Assembly: GCA_014730345.1 (NCBI GenBank)
Contig: WJIJ01000082.1
Coordinates: 1 to 52,652, forward strand
Source of the DNA: Candidatus Zixiibacteriota bacterium
GTDB lineage: Bacteria; Zixibacteria; MSB-5A5; UM-FILTER-46-8
DNA length: 52,652 bases
Reading direction: 5' to 3'
In this document: piece by piece, positions 10,600 to 19,960 of the stretch
How positions within the stretch are numbered: the stretch's first letter is position 1
How the letters are laid out: each line of letters opens with the position of its first letter
The notes under the pieces: generated by a model
The model's input: only the letters and a program-made list of their open reading frames with translations
Database searches by the model: none
What the model was told of the DNA's origin: nothing
Program-made: the position numbers and the translations under genes

Positions 10600-10692
10600 C
10601 TATTTTTTCTTTTTATGCCGGTCTTTTCTAAGCCTCTTTTTACGCTTATGCGTTTTTATTTTATGTCTTTTCTTCTTCTTTCCGCTTGGCAT
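10600..10692 (-). CDS. 30-aa basic protein, 30S ribosomal protein bS22-like (AURKAIP1/COX24, mS38 family); absent from the ORF track
   Basis: manual translation MPSGKKKKRHKIKTHKRKKRLRKDRHKKKK*; AAGGAG RBS just upstream; matches the MPxGKKxKRHKxxTHKRKK pattern. Confidence 0.88.
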   Translation of the reverse strand: MPSGKKKKRHKIKTHKRKKRLRKDRHKKKK

Positions 10693-10713
10693 GATACTCC
10701 TTCAACATCAATA

Positions 10714-11070
10714 CTACATAGGTGGATTTTCAGTCGGCGAAGGGCTGGGGGACTCAGATTGCTGCTGGTCCTGGGATGCATCGCCTACCGGATTAGCTTC
10801 CATTACAGAATTTTTAAACTCGTTTGATGGTTTAAAAACTGGAATATTTCTATCCGGAACGGGTACAACTTCACCGGTGCGAGGGTTTCTCGCTTTACGT
10901 GCTTTACGCGGTTTCACTTTAAATGTTCCAAAACCGCGGATTTCAATATTGTTGCCCTCTTCAAGAGCCTTTTTGATCGCGTCCAAAAGAGAATCGATTG
11001 CTACAGCAACGTCTGTTCTGGTTAAACCGGTCTTTTCCGAAACTCTCTCTACGAGGTCAGCTTTGGTCAT
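10714..11070 (-). CDS. hup: HU/IHF-family DNA-binding protein
   Basis: MTKADLV...IEIRGFGTFKV..RKARKARNPRTGE..PVFKPS; ATG at 11070 fits the GGAGG RBS; extra polar/Pro-rich tail. Confidence 0.9.
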   Translation of the reverse strand: MTKADLVERVSEKTGLTRTDVAVAIDSLLDAIKKALEEGNNIEIRGFGTFKVKPRKARKARNPRTGEVVPVPDRNIPVFKPSNEFKNSVMEANPVGDASQDQQQSESPSPSPTENPPM

Positions 11071-11121
11071 CAAGCACCTCCAAATCTATGATTAAAACAA
11101 CGCCTCTATTTTCTTATTTTA

Positions 11122-11148
11122 TTGTCGGCAAATCTATTACGTTGTTTA
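11122..11148 (-). promoter_or_regulatory. sigma-28-like promoter upstream of hup
   Basis: TAAA-N15-GCCGACAA (consensus TAAA-N15-GCCGATAA). Confidence 0.5.
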
Positions 11149-11241
11149 TGATAATAATAGGTTATTCCGGGATGCAAGTTTTTTTTTCAATTTTTATAAA
11201 TTTAGGGAAATTGGAAATAAATAAGTCCGGGAGCAGTTTAA

Positions 11242-11715
11242 TTACCGATTTTGCATGAGGTAGTACTTGGTATCGTATTCAGAATCAGCAAGGGCAACTT
11301 GCATAGCTCTCCGGTTATCGATATTTATCACTATGGGTCCTAACAGATTAAGGCTGATATCCTGCGGATTCCCCCGGGGAATAGTTGCGATAACGAAAGT
11401 TCTTGCCTGGCTTATTTCATGCACATCAATTTCTTTGAGTTCATTGAGGTGAATTTTAACCTCATAGTCGGGCTTGAAATAAAGCGGATCTACAATGGGT
11501 AACGCAAGCCCCGGATTTTCAATAGATTGCAGCCAAACGAACGGGCGGCTGTTTTCACGTTCGACAATCAGGTATTCATGCAAATGCTCAAAACCGAATA
11601 ATCCCCTGGGAATTATAATCATATCTTTTTCGATATATTCGATTTCGCCGAACCTGGACGTGTAAACCGCCAGCTTTTTCTCTTGTTTTGTTTTTTCAAT
11701 TACGCTGTTTTCCAT
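11242..11715 (-). CDS. fliW: flagellar assembly factor FliW
   Basis: TSRFGEIE, GLFGFE, WLQS, NLLGPIVIN. Confidence 0.95.
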   Translation of the reverse strand: MENSVIEKTKQEKKLAVYTSRFGEIEYIEKDMIIIPRGLFGFEHLHEYLIVERENSRPFVWLQSIENPGLALPIVDPLYFKPDYEVKIHLNELKEIDVHEISQARTFVIATIPRGNPQDISLNLLGPIVINIDNRRAMQVALADSEYDTKYYLMQNR

Positions 11716-11722
11716 AACATTG

Positions 11723-13636
11723 CTACCTGATAAAATTAACGAGAGATGGCTGTATAACTTGAGCGGAGGCCTGCAAAGCCGCCTGATACATAGCCTCGCG
11801 GGTTGCCATTTCCGTAACCACCCAGATCATATCAGCATCCTCAATTTCGGAGCTTAGTTTAGTTGCATAAACATCATGGTTCAAATTCCGGTCATACGCG
11901 GATTGAATTCGGTTGATACGACTCCCGACAACGGAGCGAAGGGTCAATATCTGCTGTTGTGATGATTCGAATTTATCCAGTACTTTCTGGGAAGCGTTCG
12001 CCCAGTCGTGTTCCAAACCGTGTTTCAAGTATAACAGGCTACCTATTAAATCGGGGCTTCCGGCAATCCCCAATTGCCAAGCGGCACCATCCTCAACGGT
12101 ATCGTATATTACAAGAGACTGGTTCGAAACCGTTGATTCAAGCGCTATACCTGTTTTATCCTCGTTCATATAAACATCTATCTGAGCCCCTGAACCTTTA
12201 AGCAGGTTCATTAAATCCCTGACCGTGGCATTAGGGTCGCTCTCCAGTGATGAGAGGTCCACGTCATAATTATAATGGCCCTGGTCAATATGTATCATGG
12301 AATAGGTTATGCCATTGCCGTTGTTCAAATCAGTTAACTTGGTATTTGGGAATAGTCTTGGGTTTAGGTCGGTGCCGTCATATACGGAAACGGAAGTGCC
12401 AAATAATATTCCCAATTCCGCGGCGGTTTTTTCGTTGGCGCCAGTTTCCTCGGTTTGAATCAATTGCGGTTCAAGGTCCGTTCCGGTGAATGTACCGGCG
12501 ATCGGGGTGGAAGTCTGAATTCCAAGGTCCGCGGCGGCGGTACCGCCGGGCGATTCCTCGATACGGTAATCATGTCCAGCGGTGTCGGTGATAGTAATCG
12601 TATTTTCATTTGGGGTAATTGAAGCCGTTAAATCGGGAATTCCGGCGAGATTGATCCTGTTAATTACATCTCCAACTGTAGTAGCGCCGGTAAGATCGAT
12701 TGTCCAGGTTGTTCCTATGCCATCGATTATATCGAATCCCGGCACGGTAAGATCCACGCCCGCTCCATTGTTTAATAAATCAAATGGAGTGTCCATAGTT
12801 ATATATGGGGCCGAAGTGTCTTCAAGTCTCAAGCAGTTATTATTCGGCGATATGGAACAAGTCAGGTTCGTCAACCCCTGGGCGGCGGCCTGAGTATTCA
12901 CCTCGGTTATAACTTCGCCTACGGATAAAACCCCGGTCAGATCTATGGTCGCTGTCCCGTTTACGGTGCGAAGGATGAACTGGTTATCGCCAAGATCGAC
13001 CCCCTCGCCGGCATGCAGGGTCGAAAGCAATGTATTGGTCATCAGAGCTGGATTCAAGTCAAAACCATCTCCAAGAATGGCGGACGGTTTAACCAGGAAT
13101 TCATCACCGGTTATATTGGCAGTGATTTCGAGATCGCGTTCAATCTGGAACTGATAGGGATCGCTGTCTCCCTGGTAAATAACGCCGGTTCCATTAAAAT
13201 CGAAGGGAACGAGCCCCGCTGAGGTTCCGGCAAAAATATGCCGGCCGTCGAGGGTGCTGTTGCCATCCTCCAAAACCTGGTTTAAGATATCTATAATCTG
13301 TTGAGCGGCCGCCTGGCGGGCATTTTCATCAAATGTTGCGTTCTGGAAACGAATCGCTATATCTTCGGCCTCTATAAGGCTTCTGCCTATAGAATCGAAA
13401 GCATGATCGGAGAAACTTAGCAACGCGTCCGCCCTGTCGATATTGCGCCTGAACTGCTGTAATTCCTTTAGATAACTGCGGTATGACAACGCCTTGGTAA
13501 TGCCGGTGGGATCATCAGAGGGCTTGTTAATGCGCCTGCCGCTGGATGCCATCTGGGATAAATTCAAATAACTACCGAAAGAGTTGCCCAGGTTGGATGT
13601 AACCCGGTCTATTATCATTTTATGTGTAATTCTCAT
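11723..13636 (-). CDS. flgL: hook-associated protein 3 FlgL with large repeated insert
   Basis: MRIT start (ATG 13636, GAGAGG RBS); SSGRRINKPSDDP; C-terminal YQAALQASAQVIQPSLVNFIR. Confidence 0.92.
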   Translation of the reverse strand: MRITHKMIIDRVTSNLGNSFGSYLNLSQMASSGRRINKPSDDPTGITKALSYRSYLKELQQFRRNIDRADALLSFSDHAFDSIGRSLIEAEDIAIRFQNATFDENARQAAAQQIIDILNQVLEDGNSTLDGRHIFAGTSAGLVPFDFNGTGVIYQGDSDPYQFQIERDLEITANITGDEFLVKPSAILGDGFDLNPALMTNTLLSTLHAGEGVDLGDNQFILRTVNGTATIDLTGVLSVGEVITEVNTQAAAQGLTNLTCSISPNNNCLRLEDTSAPYITMDTPFDLLNNGAGVDLTVPGFDIIDGIGTTWTIDLTGATTVGDVINRINLAGIPDLTASITPNENTITITDTAGHDYRIEESPGGTAAADLGIQTSTPIAGTFTGTDLEPQLIQTEETGANEKTAAELGILFGTSVSVYDGTDLNPRLFPNTKLTDLNNGNGITYSMIHIDQGHYNYDVDLSSLESDPNATVRDLMNLLKGSGAQIDVYMNEDKTGIALESTVSNQSLVIYDTVEDGAAWQLGIAGSPDLIGSLLYLKHGLEHDWANASQKVLDKFESSQQQILTLRSVVGSRINRIQSAYDRNLNHDVYATKLSSEIEDADMIWVVTEMATREAMYQAALQASAQVIQPSLVNFIR

Positions 13637-13655
13637 TTTCCCGTTCCTCTCACGC

Positions 13656-13952
13656 TCAATTTTCGTTCCTTGAATCACCGGCCCGGTTGGTATCGTCATC
13701 TCGCCGGCCGTTTTTATCCCTTTTTTTATTCCTGAGCATGTCGCTCATCTTCTCTATATCGTCGCCGTCCGATTGCGACGCTTTGAGGTTTTCCTGCTGG
13801 ATTTTTTTGTAGATCTCTTCCCGGTGAACGGAGACCTGTGGCGGCGCGACAATACCTATGCGCACCTGCCTTCCTTGTATACCGAGGACCTTAATCGATA
13901 TTGAGTCTCCGATCGCGATCGATTCTCCTAACCTCCTTGTAAGAATAAGCAC
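13656..13952 (-). CDS. csrA: carbon storage regulator CsrA
   Basis: [15 protein letters not shown]...[18 protein letters not shown]. Confidence 0.97.
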   Translation of the reverse strand: MLILTRRLGESIAIGDSISIKVLGIQGRQVRIGIVAPPQVSVHREEIYKKIQQENLKASQSDGDDIEKMSDMLRNKKRDKNGRRDDDTNRAGDSRNEN

Positions 13953-14008
13953 TTTACCCTCCTTGGTATTCGCCGCTCAATAAGTTACTTCTATTTTTGC
14001 TTTTAAGT

Positions 14009-15388
14009 TTAAATATCATTTATTACCGTTGACAACGCGGAGTCCATGATGCTTATCACCTTGGCCGCCGCTTCATACGCATGCTGGTAAGAAACAAGTT
14101 TAGCCATTTCCTCGTCCAGTGAAACTCCCTGCAGAGCCTGCCGGTGGTATTCCACCTGATTAAGGAGGAGGCTATGGTTGTCCATCATATTAGTCGCTTC
14201 CTGCGCCCGCGTGCCTATCTCCCCGATAAATCCGTTATAGTAATCCGAGAAAGTGGCGCTGTTATCATTCATAAGCAACTGCTTTCTCAGGTCAAGGATT
14301 GCCAGTACATTGGAGTTGTCTCCATCCTTCTGGTTTTTGGAAACGGCAATTTTATTGGCATCGTTTTTCACATCATAGGATAAATCCATAGTCGCCGCGG
14401 TTATGCCGTTGGGATCGAAGAAGTTGATCCCGGTTTCTCCATTTCCGGTATAACCAACCGAATGCACAGCATTAATGGATTCTACTATCTGTTTGGCGAG
14501 TTTATCGAGCTGGGCAACTCTCTCGGGAAGTATCTCATCGCGGGCTTCCACAAGACCTTTCAGTTTGCCCCTGGTTAATTTCAACTCGTTTGAGGTCGCT
14601 GACCAAAGTATTGTGGAAACCACCACTCCGTCATTGTAAGATGTAGTCGTTTCCAGGGGAGCAACCTGGTCTCTTTCCACGACCGCCAGCGAACCAATGA
14701 AAATAGAGGTTGAGCCGTCCTTGAGTTCCTGGGTGCTTACGTTTACGTAATTTGAAAGCTGATCGATTATGTAATCGCGCTGGTCTCTCAGGTCATTGGC
14801 CTTGGCCCCGCCGACCTCCAGTTTGGCGATCTGATCGTTCAGGTTCGCCAATTGGTTGAGATAACCATTGACTTCCTCAACAGCGATCTCGATGTCTTCG
14901 TTCAGCGAATCGCGCATATCGCTAAGTTGGTTGGAGACATGACGGAAACTACTTGTCAAGGTTGCCGCTTTTTCTTTGACCACGTTTTTCGCCGCGAGAT
15001 TAAAAGGGCTGTCCGCCAGATCCTGCCACGCGGTCCAGAACTCCGACATCATTTCCGATATACCGCTTTCGGAAGGCTCATTTATAATCATCTCGATTTG
15101 CGACCAGGTCTGGTCGAGAACGCCCCATCGTCCCAGGCCCTGTTGTTCTTTCCTTATCTGAGTATCCAGGAAAGTGGAACGCAAACGGCGAATTTCAGCT
15201 ACATTCACGCCGGTTCCGCCATAATCGGGATGCGCGTACATAGGGGGCATAGTATTGAAAATCACGTTTTGCCGGGAGAAACCCGGGGTGTTGGCGTTAG
15301 CGATATTATGACCCGTAATATTAATGGCGTACTGCTGTGATAATAAAGCTCTGCGAGCTATCTCGAATCCCACATTAAGACCGTACAT
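14009..15388 (-). CDS. flgK: hook-associated protein 1 FlgK
   Basis: GHNIANANTPGFSRQ; ANDLRDQRD; GVSLDEEMAKLVSYQHAYEAAAK. Confidence 0.96.
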   Translation of the reverse strand: MYGLNVGFEIARRALLSQQYAINITGHNIANANTPGFSRQNVIFNTMPPMYAHPDYGGTGVNVAEIRRLRSTFLDTQIRKEQQGLGRWGVLDQTWSQIEMIINEPSESGISEMMSEFWTAWQDLADSPFNLAAKNVVKEKAATLTSSFRHVSNQLSDMRDSLNEDIEIAVEEVNGYLNQLANLNDQIAKLEVGGAKANDLRDQRDYIIDQLSNYVNVSTQELKDGSTSIFIGSLAVVERDQVAPLETTTSYNDGVVVSTILWSATSNELKLTRGKLKGLVEARDEILPERVAQLDKLAKQIVESINAVHSVGYTGNGETGINFFDPNGITAATMDLSYDVKNDANKIAVSKNQKDGDNSNVLAILDLRKQLLMNDNSATFSDYYNGFIGEIGTRAQEATNMMDNHSLLLNQVEYHRQALQGVSLDEEMAKLVSYQHAYEAAAKVISIMDSALSTVINDI

Positions 15389-15894
15389 TATATCACCTCG
15401 TTGAGCACCACGCGTGATGATCTTGTATTGCTGACGGAGCTCCCCTTTGCGGAATACGACTGCTTACCGCGATCATCACCCTGGTAATATATTTTCATTG
15501 TGTCACTTATTATTTCTAAAGATTTATTAATCAAAATCTCGTTTTTCTCTTTTAATCTCTCCACTTTCCGGATAGAGTCGCTCAATGTTTCCTTGATATT
15601 CTTCAATTGTTCAGCATAGCCGCTTTCTACCTGCCGGCATATATCATCAAGCGTGGTTTGAGGGTTAGTATCTCCTTGTTCCTTTTGATAACTATCAACT
15701 ATCTCCTGCCGCTTTTGCTCGATTTCCCTTGCGGCGAATATAAGCCTGTTCTGTTCGGCCAGGCTTTCCTGAAAAGGACCGACGTCATTTTTCAGTATTA
15801 ACTGCTGTTGCTCTGAGAGCAATCCCTCGAAAGCTTCCAGGTTACTTATTTGCTCTTCGAGGTTTACGATTAAATCTTCTACAGCGTTTCCCAA
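15388..15894 (-). CDS. flgN: flagellar export chaperone FlgN
   Basis: helical 168 aa immediately before flgK; EKNEILINKSLE...SYSAKG pattern. Confidence 0.8.
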   Translation of the reverse strand: MGNAVEDLIVNLEEQISNLEAFEGLLSEQQQLILKNDVGPFQESLAEQNRLIFAAREIEQKRQEIVDSYQKEQGDTNPQTTLDDICRQVESGYAEQLKNIKETLSDSIRKVERLKEKNEILINKSLEIISDTMKIYYQGDDRGKQSYSAKGSSVSNTRSSRVVLNEVI

Positions 15895-15911
15895 TTGGTC
15901 CTCCTGTATTA

Positions 15912-15939
15912 AAATCGGAAAAAAATGTTCAAATCTTTA
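15912..15939 (-). promoter_or_regulatory. sigma-28-like promoter for flgN-flgK-csrA-flgL-fliW
   Basis: TAAAG-N15-TCCGATTT in the 47-bp gap ahead of flgN. Confidence 0.55.
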
Positions 15940-15941
15940 CC

Positions 15942-16739
15942 TTAAGTTTCATTATATTTTTGCTTTTGGTCGATACCCAAACTACTCAAAATTCTGGCTA
16001 CATACTTTTGAGTCTCTTCGTATGGAGGAACCCCTCCATATTTCTCAACTGCTTCAGGTCCGGCATTGTATGCCGCCAATGCCAGTTCGAGGTCTCCCTC
16101 ATACCTGTCCAGCAGGTCTCTAATGTATCCGGAACCCGCCATGATGTTCTGCTCAGGATTAAAAGGGTCTTTCACATTATACCGGGCCGCTGTCGAATCC
16201 ATCAATTGCATCAACCCTTTGGCGCCCTTGTGAGATACGGCGTAAGCATTTCCGGCAGATTCGGCATCAATAACCGCCTGTATCAATTGCGGAGAAAGAT
16301 TAAATCTTTCCGCGGCGGCGGCGATTGCCGAAGCATGAGAAATGGTCCTGCGAGGGATCGGATTATAATGAACAGGTTTAAGTACCCGCACATCATCGAC
16401 ATACTTCTCCCAATCTTCCCCCAGGGCTTTAGGAGCCAACTGCTGGAACAACATTTCATCGATACCCATAGAGGAATTCTGGCTCATTTTTTCGGCAATC
16501 TTGGCATCGAACATCTCAGTGAACATCTCTCCGCCAAACCCATCATCGAGCAACCCTGATTCGGGGATCGTATTTCTCATGGATTTCATCATGTAGGAAA
16601 TAAACAGCGCCTGGAAATCCCGGCATGCTTTCCGCAGAGTTTGAGCCCTCTGCCTGAGTTTGAGCTGTTTATCGCCGTTGTCAAGCGTGATATATTGCTT
16701 GCTTTCCGGTACCTGTAAATGTGATTCGTTTATATCCAT
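15942..16739 (-). CDS. flgJ: FlgJ rod-binding domain fused to an SLT (GH23) lytic transglycosylase
   Basis: LRKACRDFQALFISYMMKSMRNT...FTEMFD; ESAGNAYAVSHKGAKGLMQLM, AAYNAG, ETQKYV. Confidence 0.88.
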   Translation of the reverse strand: MDINESHLQVPESKQYITLDNGDKQLKLRQRAQTLRKACRDFQALFISYMMKSMRNTIPESGLLDDGFGGEMFTEMFDAKIAEKMSQNSSMGIDEMLFQQLAPKALGEDWEKYVDDVRVLKPVHYNPIPRRTISHASAIAAAAERFNLSPQLIQAVIDAESAGNAYAVSHKGAKGLMQLMDSTAARYNVKDPFNPEQNIMAGSGYIRDLLDRYEGDLELALAAYNAGPEAVEKYGGVPPYEETQKYVARILSSLGIDQKQKYNET

Positions 16740-16743
16740 AATC

Positions 16744-17874
16744 CTATATAATTATAAGTTCCGCGTGTAGCGCGCCCGCTTTCTTAAGGGCTTGCAGTAT
16801 GGAAATAATATCCCTTGGAGTCGCTCCGATAGCATTCAACGCCCTGGCCAGATCGCTTATTCTCGTGGATTCCTCAAGATAGACCATACGGGCGATTTCC
16901 TCAGAGACGGAAACCTCGCTGTCGCCAGTATTCACTGTTTCTCCTTTGGAGAAAGGCGTCGGCTGGGAGATTACCGGTTGGGATTTAATTTCAACGGTAA
17001 GGTTACCATGCGCGAGGGCTATGGCATCCACGCTTACATTCGCGCCGGCCACGATTGTTCCGGTTTTTTCATTTACAACTATTCTCGCCGGTGTACTGGT
17101 TTCTACTTCGAGATTCTCGATGCGGGAGATAAGCGCGATCATCTCACCAGAACTTAGGCTGTCATCATCCGGGTAGATATTGACCACTTTCTCGGACGAG
17201 GCTTCCACCCTGCAACCCTCGACGGAGTCGCGGACGACCTTCGAAAGCCTGTCGGCGGTGGTATAATCCGGCATTTCCAGTTGAACCCGGATAACATTCT
17301 GGTCTATGGGAATAGGATAACGGCGTTCTATCAATCCGCCGGAAGGCACCCGCCCCACGAGGGTATAATTGTTGGAAACCTGATCGCCCCCTCCTCCCTG
17401 GGCATTAAAGCCGCCGGTCGATACCGGACCCTGCGCCCAGGCAATAACCTCTCCGGTAGGCGCGGACAACGGGGTTAAAAGAAGCATACCGCCTTCGAGG
17501 CTTGAAGCATCACCAAGCGAGGAGACGGTAACATCGATTCTGCCGCCAACCTGTTCCAAAGGAGTAACTTCGGAGGTAACCATGACCGCGGCGACATTTT
17601 TGACCTTAACCTTGTCCTCGGGAAGGGTTATTCCCATCCTCTCCATCATATTATTAAGGGACTGGATAGTAAATATAGTACCTTTGCTATCCCCTGTACC
17701 TTCCAGCCCCACGACAAGACCATATCCCAGAAGCGGAATTTTTATCTTGCTCTGTATCCTGGCAATATCTTTCAGCGGGACTTTGGCCGCGTTGATATCA
17801 GGTATATCGACCAGGAGGTTTATGGGCAGAAGCAAAATTACCAGTAACGCAATTGATCTCTTTAGAATAACCAA
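16744..17874 (-). CDS. flgI: P-ring protein FlgI
   Basis: LKDIA, GYGLVVGLEGTGD, KNVAAVMVT, ILQALKKAGALHAEL. Confidence 0.97.
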   Translation of the reverse strand: MVILKRSIALLVILLLPINLLVDIPDINAAKVPLKDIARIQSKIKIPLLGYGLVVGLEGTGDSKGTIFTIQSLNNMMERMGITLPEDKVKVKNVAAVMVTSEVTPLEQVGGRIDVTVSSLGDASSLEGGMLLLTPLSAPTGEVIAWAQGPVSTGGFNAQGGGGDQVSNNYTLVGRVPSGGLIERRYPIPIDQNVIRVQLEMPDYTTADRLSKVVRDSVEGCRVEASSEKVVNIYPDDDSLSSGEMIALISRIENLEVETSTPARIVVNEKTGTIVAGANVSVDAIALAHGNLTVEIKSQPVISQPTPFSKGETVNTGDSEVSVSEEIARMVYLEESTRISDLARALNAIGATPRDIISILQALKKAGALHAELIII

Positions 17875-18455
17875 TTTAAGAACCTCGCAATTATTCCGGG
17901 TTTACCGCCAGTATGGGCGACGCCTTTACCGCTGTAAGAAATCTCGGCGTTAGCGATGTTATACGAATAGACCGAATTATCATCCATTATGTCTTTGGGG
18001 CGAACCTCACCCTTAAGAATCAGGGCTTCTTTGTCATCGTTGACTCCTATGACACGGTTGCCCTCGATTAGCAGGTTGCCGTTCTCCTTGACCTCCAAAA
18101 CCGTAACTGTCATTGTAGCTTCAAGTTTACCGGATTTTACCGTAGAACCCTGCCCATCATACTCGTTTTTACCCTCGCCGCTGAATCCGAATGACGGGAT
18201 AAAATCAAGCGCGCCGGAACCGGGTCCCCCGGTTGCCTCTGTTTTATGATTCTTTTTGGTAATGGTCTTGTTGGAATGGGACGCTTCCGCGTTCTCCATG
18301 ATAAGAACCGTAAGCAGATCGCCGGCTTTACGGGCTTTATGGTCCGAGAAAAGACTGTTGCCGGCGGCCTGGGTAAAATTCAAACCGTCGGCTAATGCCG
18401 TTCCGCAATACACCATGATTGCCAGCGTCAATGTTATTTTAATGAATATCTTCAT
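17862..18455 (-). CDS. flgH: L-ring protein FlgH
   Basis: SLFSDHKARKAGDLLTV, NGNLLIEG, GEVRPKDI, IANAEISYSG. Confidence 0.95.
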   Translation of the reverse strand: MKIFIKITLTLAIMVYCGTALADGLNFTQAAGNSLFSDHKARKAGDLLTVLIMENAEASHSNKTITKKNHKTEATGGPGSGALDFIPSFGFSGEGKNEYDGQGSTVKSGKLEATMTVTVLEVKENGNLLIEGNRVIGVNDDKEALILKGEVRPKDIMDDNSVYSYNIANAEISYSGKGVAHTGGKPGIIARFLNWLF

Positions 18456-19147
18456 CTTAATGATGCCGCCTCCACTATTCCTTTATCGATTACTTTTCCA
18501 GATATTGTTTTTCCGGAAGCTATATTCCGGACCCTGATTAAATCGCCGATTGAACCATCTTCACGCGAATAACCGTCGGCGCTCACTTTCAAACTGCCCA
18601 TGTCGGCTATTATTTTAACCCTCTCTCCGCGTAATACGGCCGGAACCGGTTCGATTCGATTCAGGTCGATAATCTCGCCGTAATTAAAACTTTTGGCCGC
18701 GCGCATACCGGTGATTTGACCGGTATCGGCGGTCGCTTCTCCGCGGAATTCGGTAATATCGACTTCCATAAACTCACAATTTTCCGAAGATAGGATATCT
18801 CCTTTTTTAATTAATGCGCGCGAACATATAACGTTTCGCTTTAAGGTAACCACCGCGGTAACATAAGAACTCACCTCGCGGTTATCTTCGGTAAACGCTA
18901 TAACTTTCAATGGGATACGCTTGCGCAAATTAGGCGGGATGTCGCCGTTAATGTATAGCTTTACGTTATTCGGCAATTCCAGCATATTACTTGGATAATT
19001 ACTTAATACTACTTCCAGTTTATTTGATGTGACCGGAAGCTGTTTATTAAAGAACTGCTGTACAGTATTATCCAGTATGGATTTATCAAGAGCGTAAGAT
19101 GGATTTGCCGCAAATAGCATTAAAATTAGCAATAATAATCTACTCAT
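18452..19147 (-). CDS. flgA: P-ring chaperone FlgA
   Basis: signal peptide; SAF-like region; VLRGERV...EDGSIGDLIRVRNIASGKTISGKV. Confidence 0.92.
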   Translation of the reverse strand: MSRLLLLILMLFAANPSYALDKSILDNTVQQFFNKQLPVTSNKLEVVLSNYPSNMLELPNNVKLYINGDIPPNLRKRIPLKVIAFTEDNREVSSYVTAVVTLKRNVICSRALIKKGDILSSENCEFMEVDITEFRGEATADTGQITGMRAAKSFNYGEIIDLNRIEPVPAVLRGERVKIIADMGSLKVSADGYSREDGSIGDLIRVRNIASGKTISGKVIDKGIVEAASLR

Positions 19148-19148
19148 A

Positions 19149-19937
19149 TTACCTCTTAAGATGATTAATAATTCCGGTTATCTCATCGGAGGTTTGAATC
19201 GCTTTTGAATTCATTTCATAGGCTCTTTGCGCGACAATCATGTCGACCATCTCGTTGACAATATCAACATTAGATAGTTCGATATATCCCTGCACGATAC
19301 GCCCGAATCCTTCGGTAGTTGGATTGCCGGTTAAGGCGGTACCCGAAGCCGCGGATTCCTTATAAAGGTTATGCCCTATCGCGTTCAAACCGACAGGATT
19401 TACGAATCTGCATAATTCTAACTGGCCGATTTCAAGAGGATCCGATTCGCCGGGCATGGATACGGAAACCAGCCCATCCATGGAAATATTTACGCCGCCC
19501 GCTTCGGCGGGAATTGTAATTTCCGGGTCGAGAACGAAGCCATCACTGGTAACCAGTCTGCCGTCGGCCGAAAGTTTAAAGGAACCGTCGCGGGTGTAGG
19601 CGTAGGAACCATCGGGCATCATTATCCTGAAGAAACCATCCCCCTCAATACAAATGTCCAGGGGATTGTCGGTCGGGGACATTGTACCCTGTGTATGGGT
19701 GCGGGTACTTGCCGCCGGACGGACGCCATAGCCGATTTCGAGGTCCACGGGAAGCTGGTTCCCAGCCGCATTGGCAACCCCTGCCTTTTTTACCTTCTGG
19801 TAAAGAACATCCTGGAATTCGATACGGCTTTGCTTGAAACCGGTGGTGTTCACATTAGCCAGGTTGTTGGCTATGTTATCGATGTTCATCTGTTGAGCCT
19901 GCATTCCCGAAGCGGCGCTTCTCATTGCTTTTATCAT
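19149..19937 (-). CDS. flgG: distal rod protein FlgG
   Basis: ANNLANVNTTGFK, EFQDVLYQ, AYTRDGSF, MIVAQRAYEMNSKAI. Confidence 0.97.
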   Translation of the reverse strand: MIKAMRSAASGMQAQQMNIDNIANNLANVNTTGFKQSRIEFQDVLYQKVKKAGVANAAGNQLPVDLEIGYGVRPAASTRTHTQGTMSPTDNPLDICIEGDGFFRIMMPDGSYAYTRDGSFKLSADGRLVTSDGFVLDPEITIPAEAGGVNISMDGLVSVSMPGESDPLEIGQLELCRFVNPVGLNAIGHNLYKESAASGTALTGNPTTEGFGRIVQGYIELSNVDIVNEMVDMIVAQRAYEMNSKAIQTSDEITGIINHLKR

Positions 19938-19960
19938 CTATACCTCCTCCTATTTGGAGT

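Noticed and set aside
11723-13699. Long flagellin-like ORF as fliC, and its upstream start at 13699
   Set aside because: The MRIT start and PSLVNFIR end are FlgL-type; the extension overlaps csrA and ATG 13636 has an RBS
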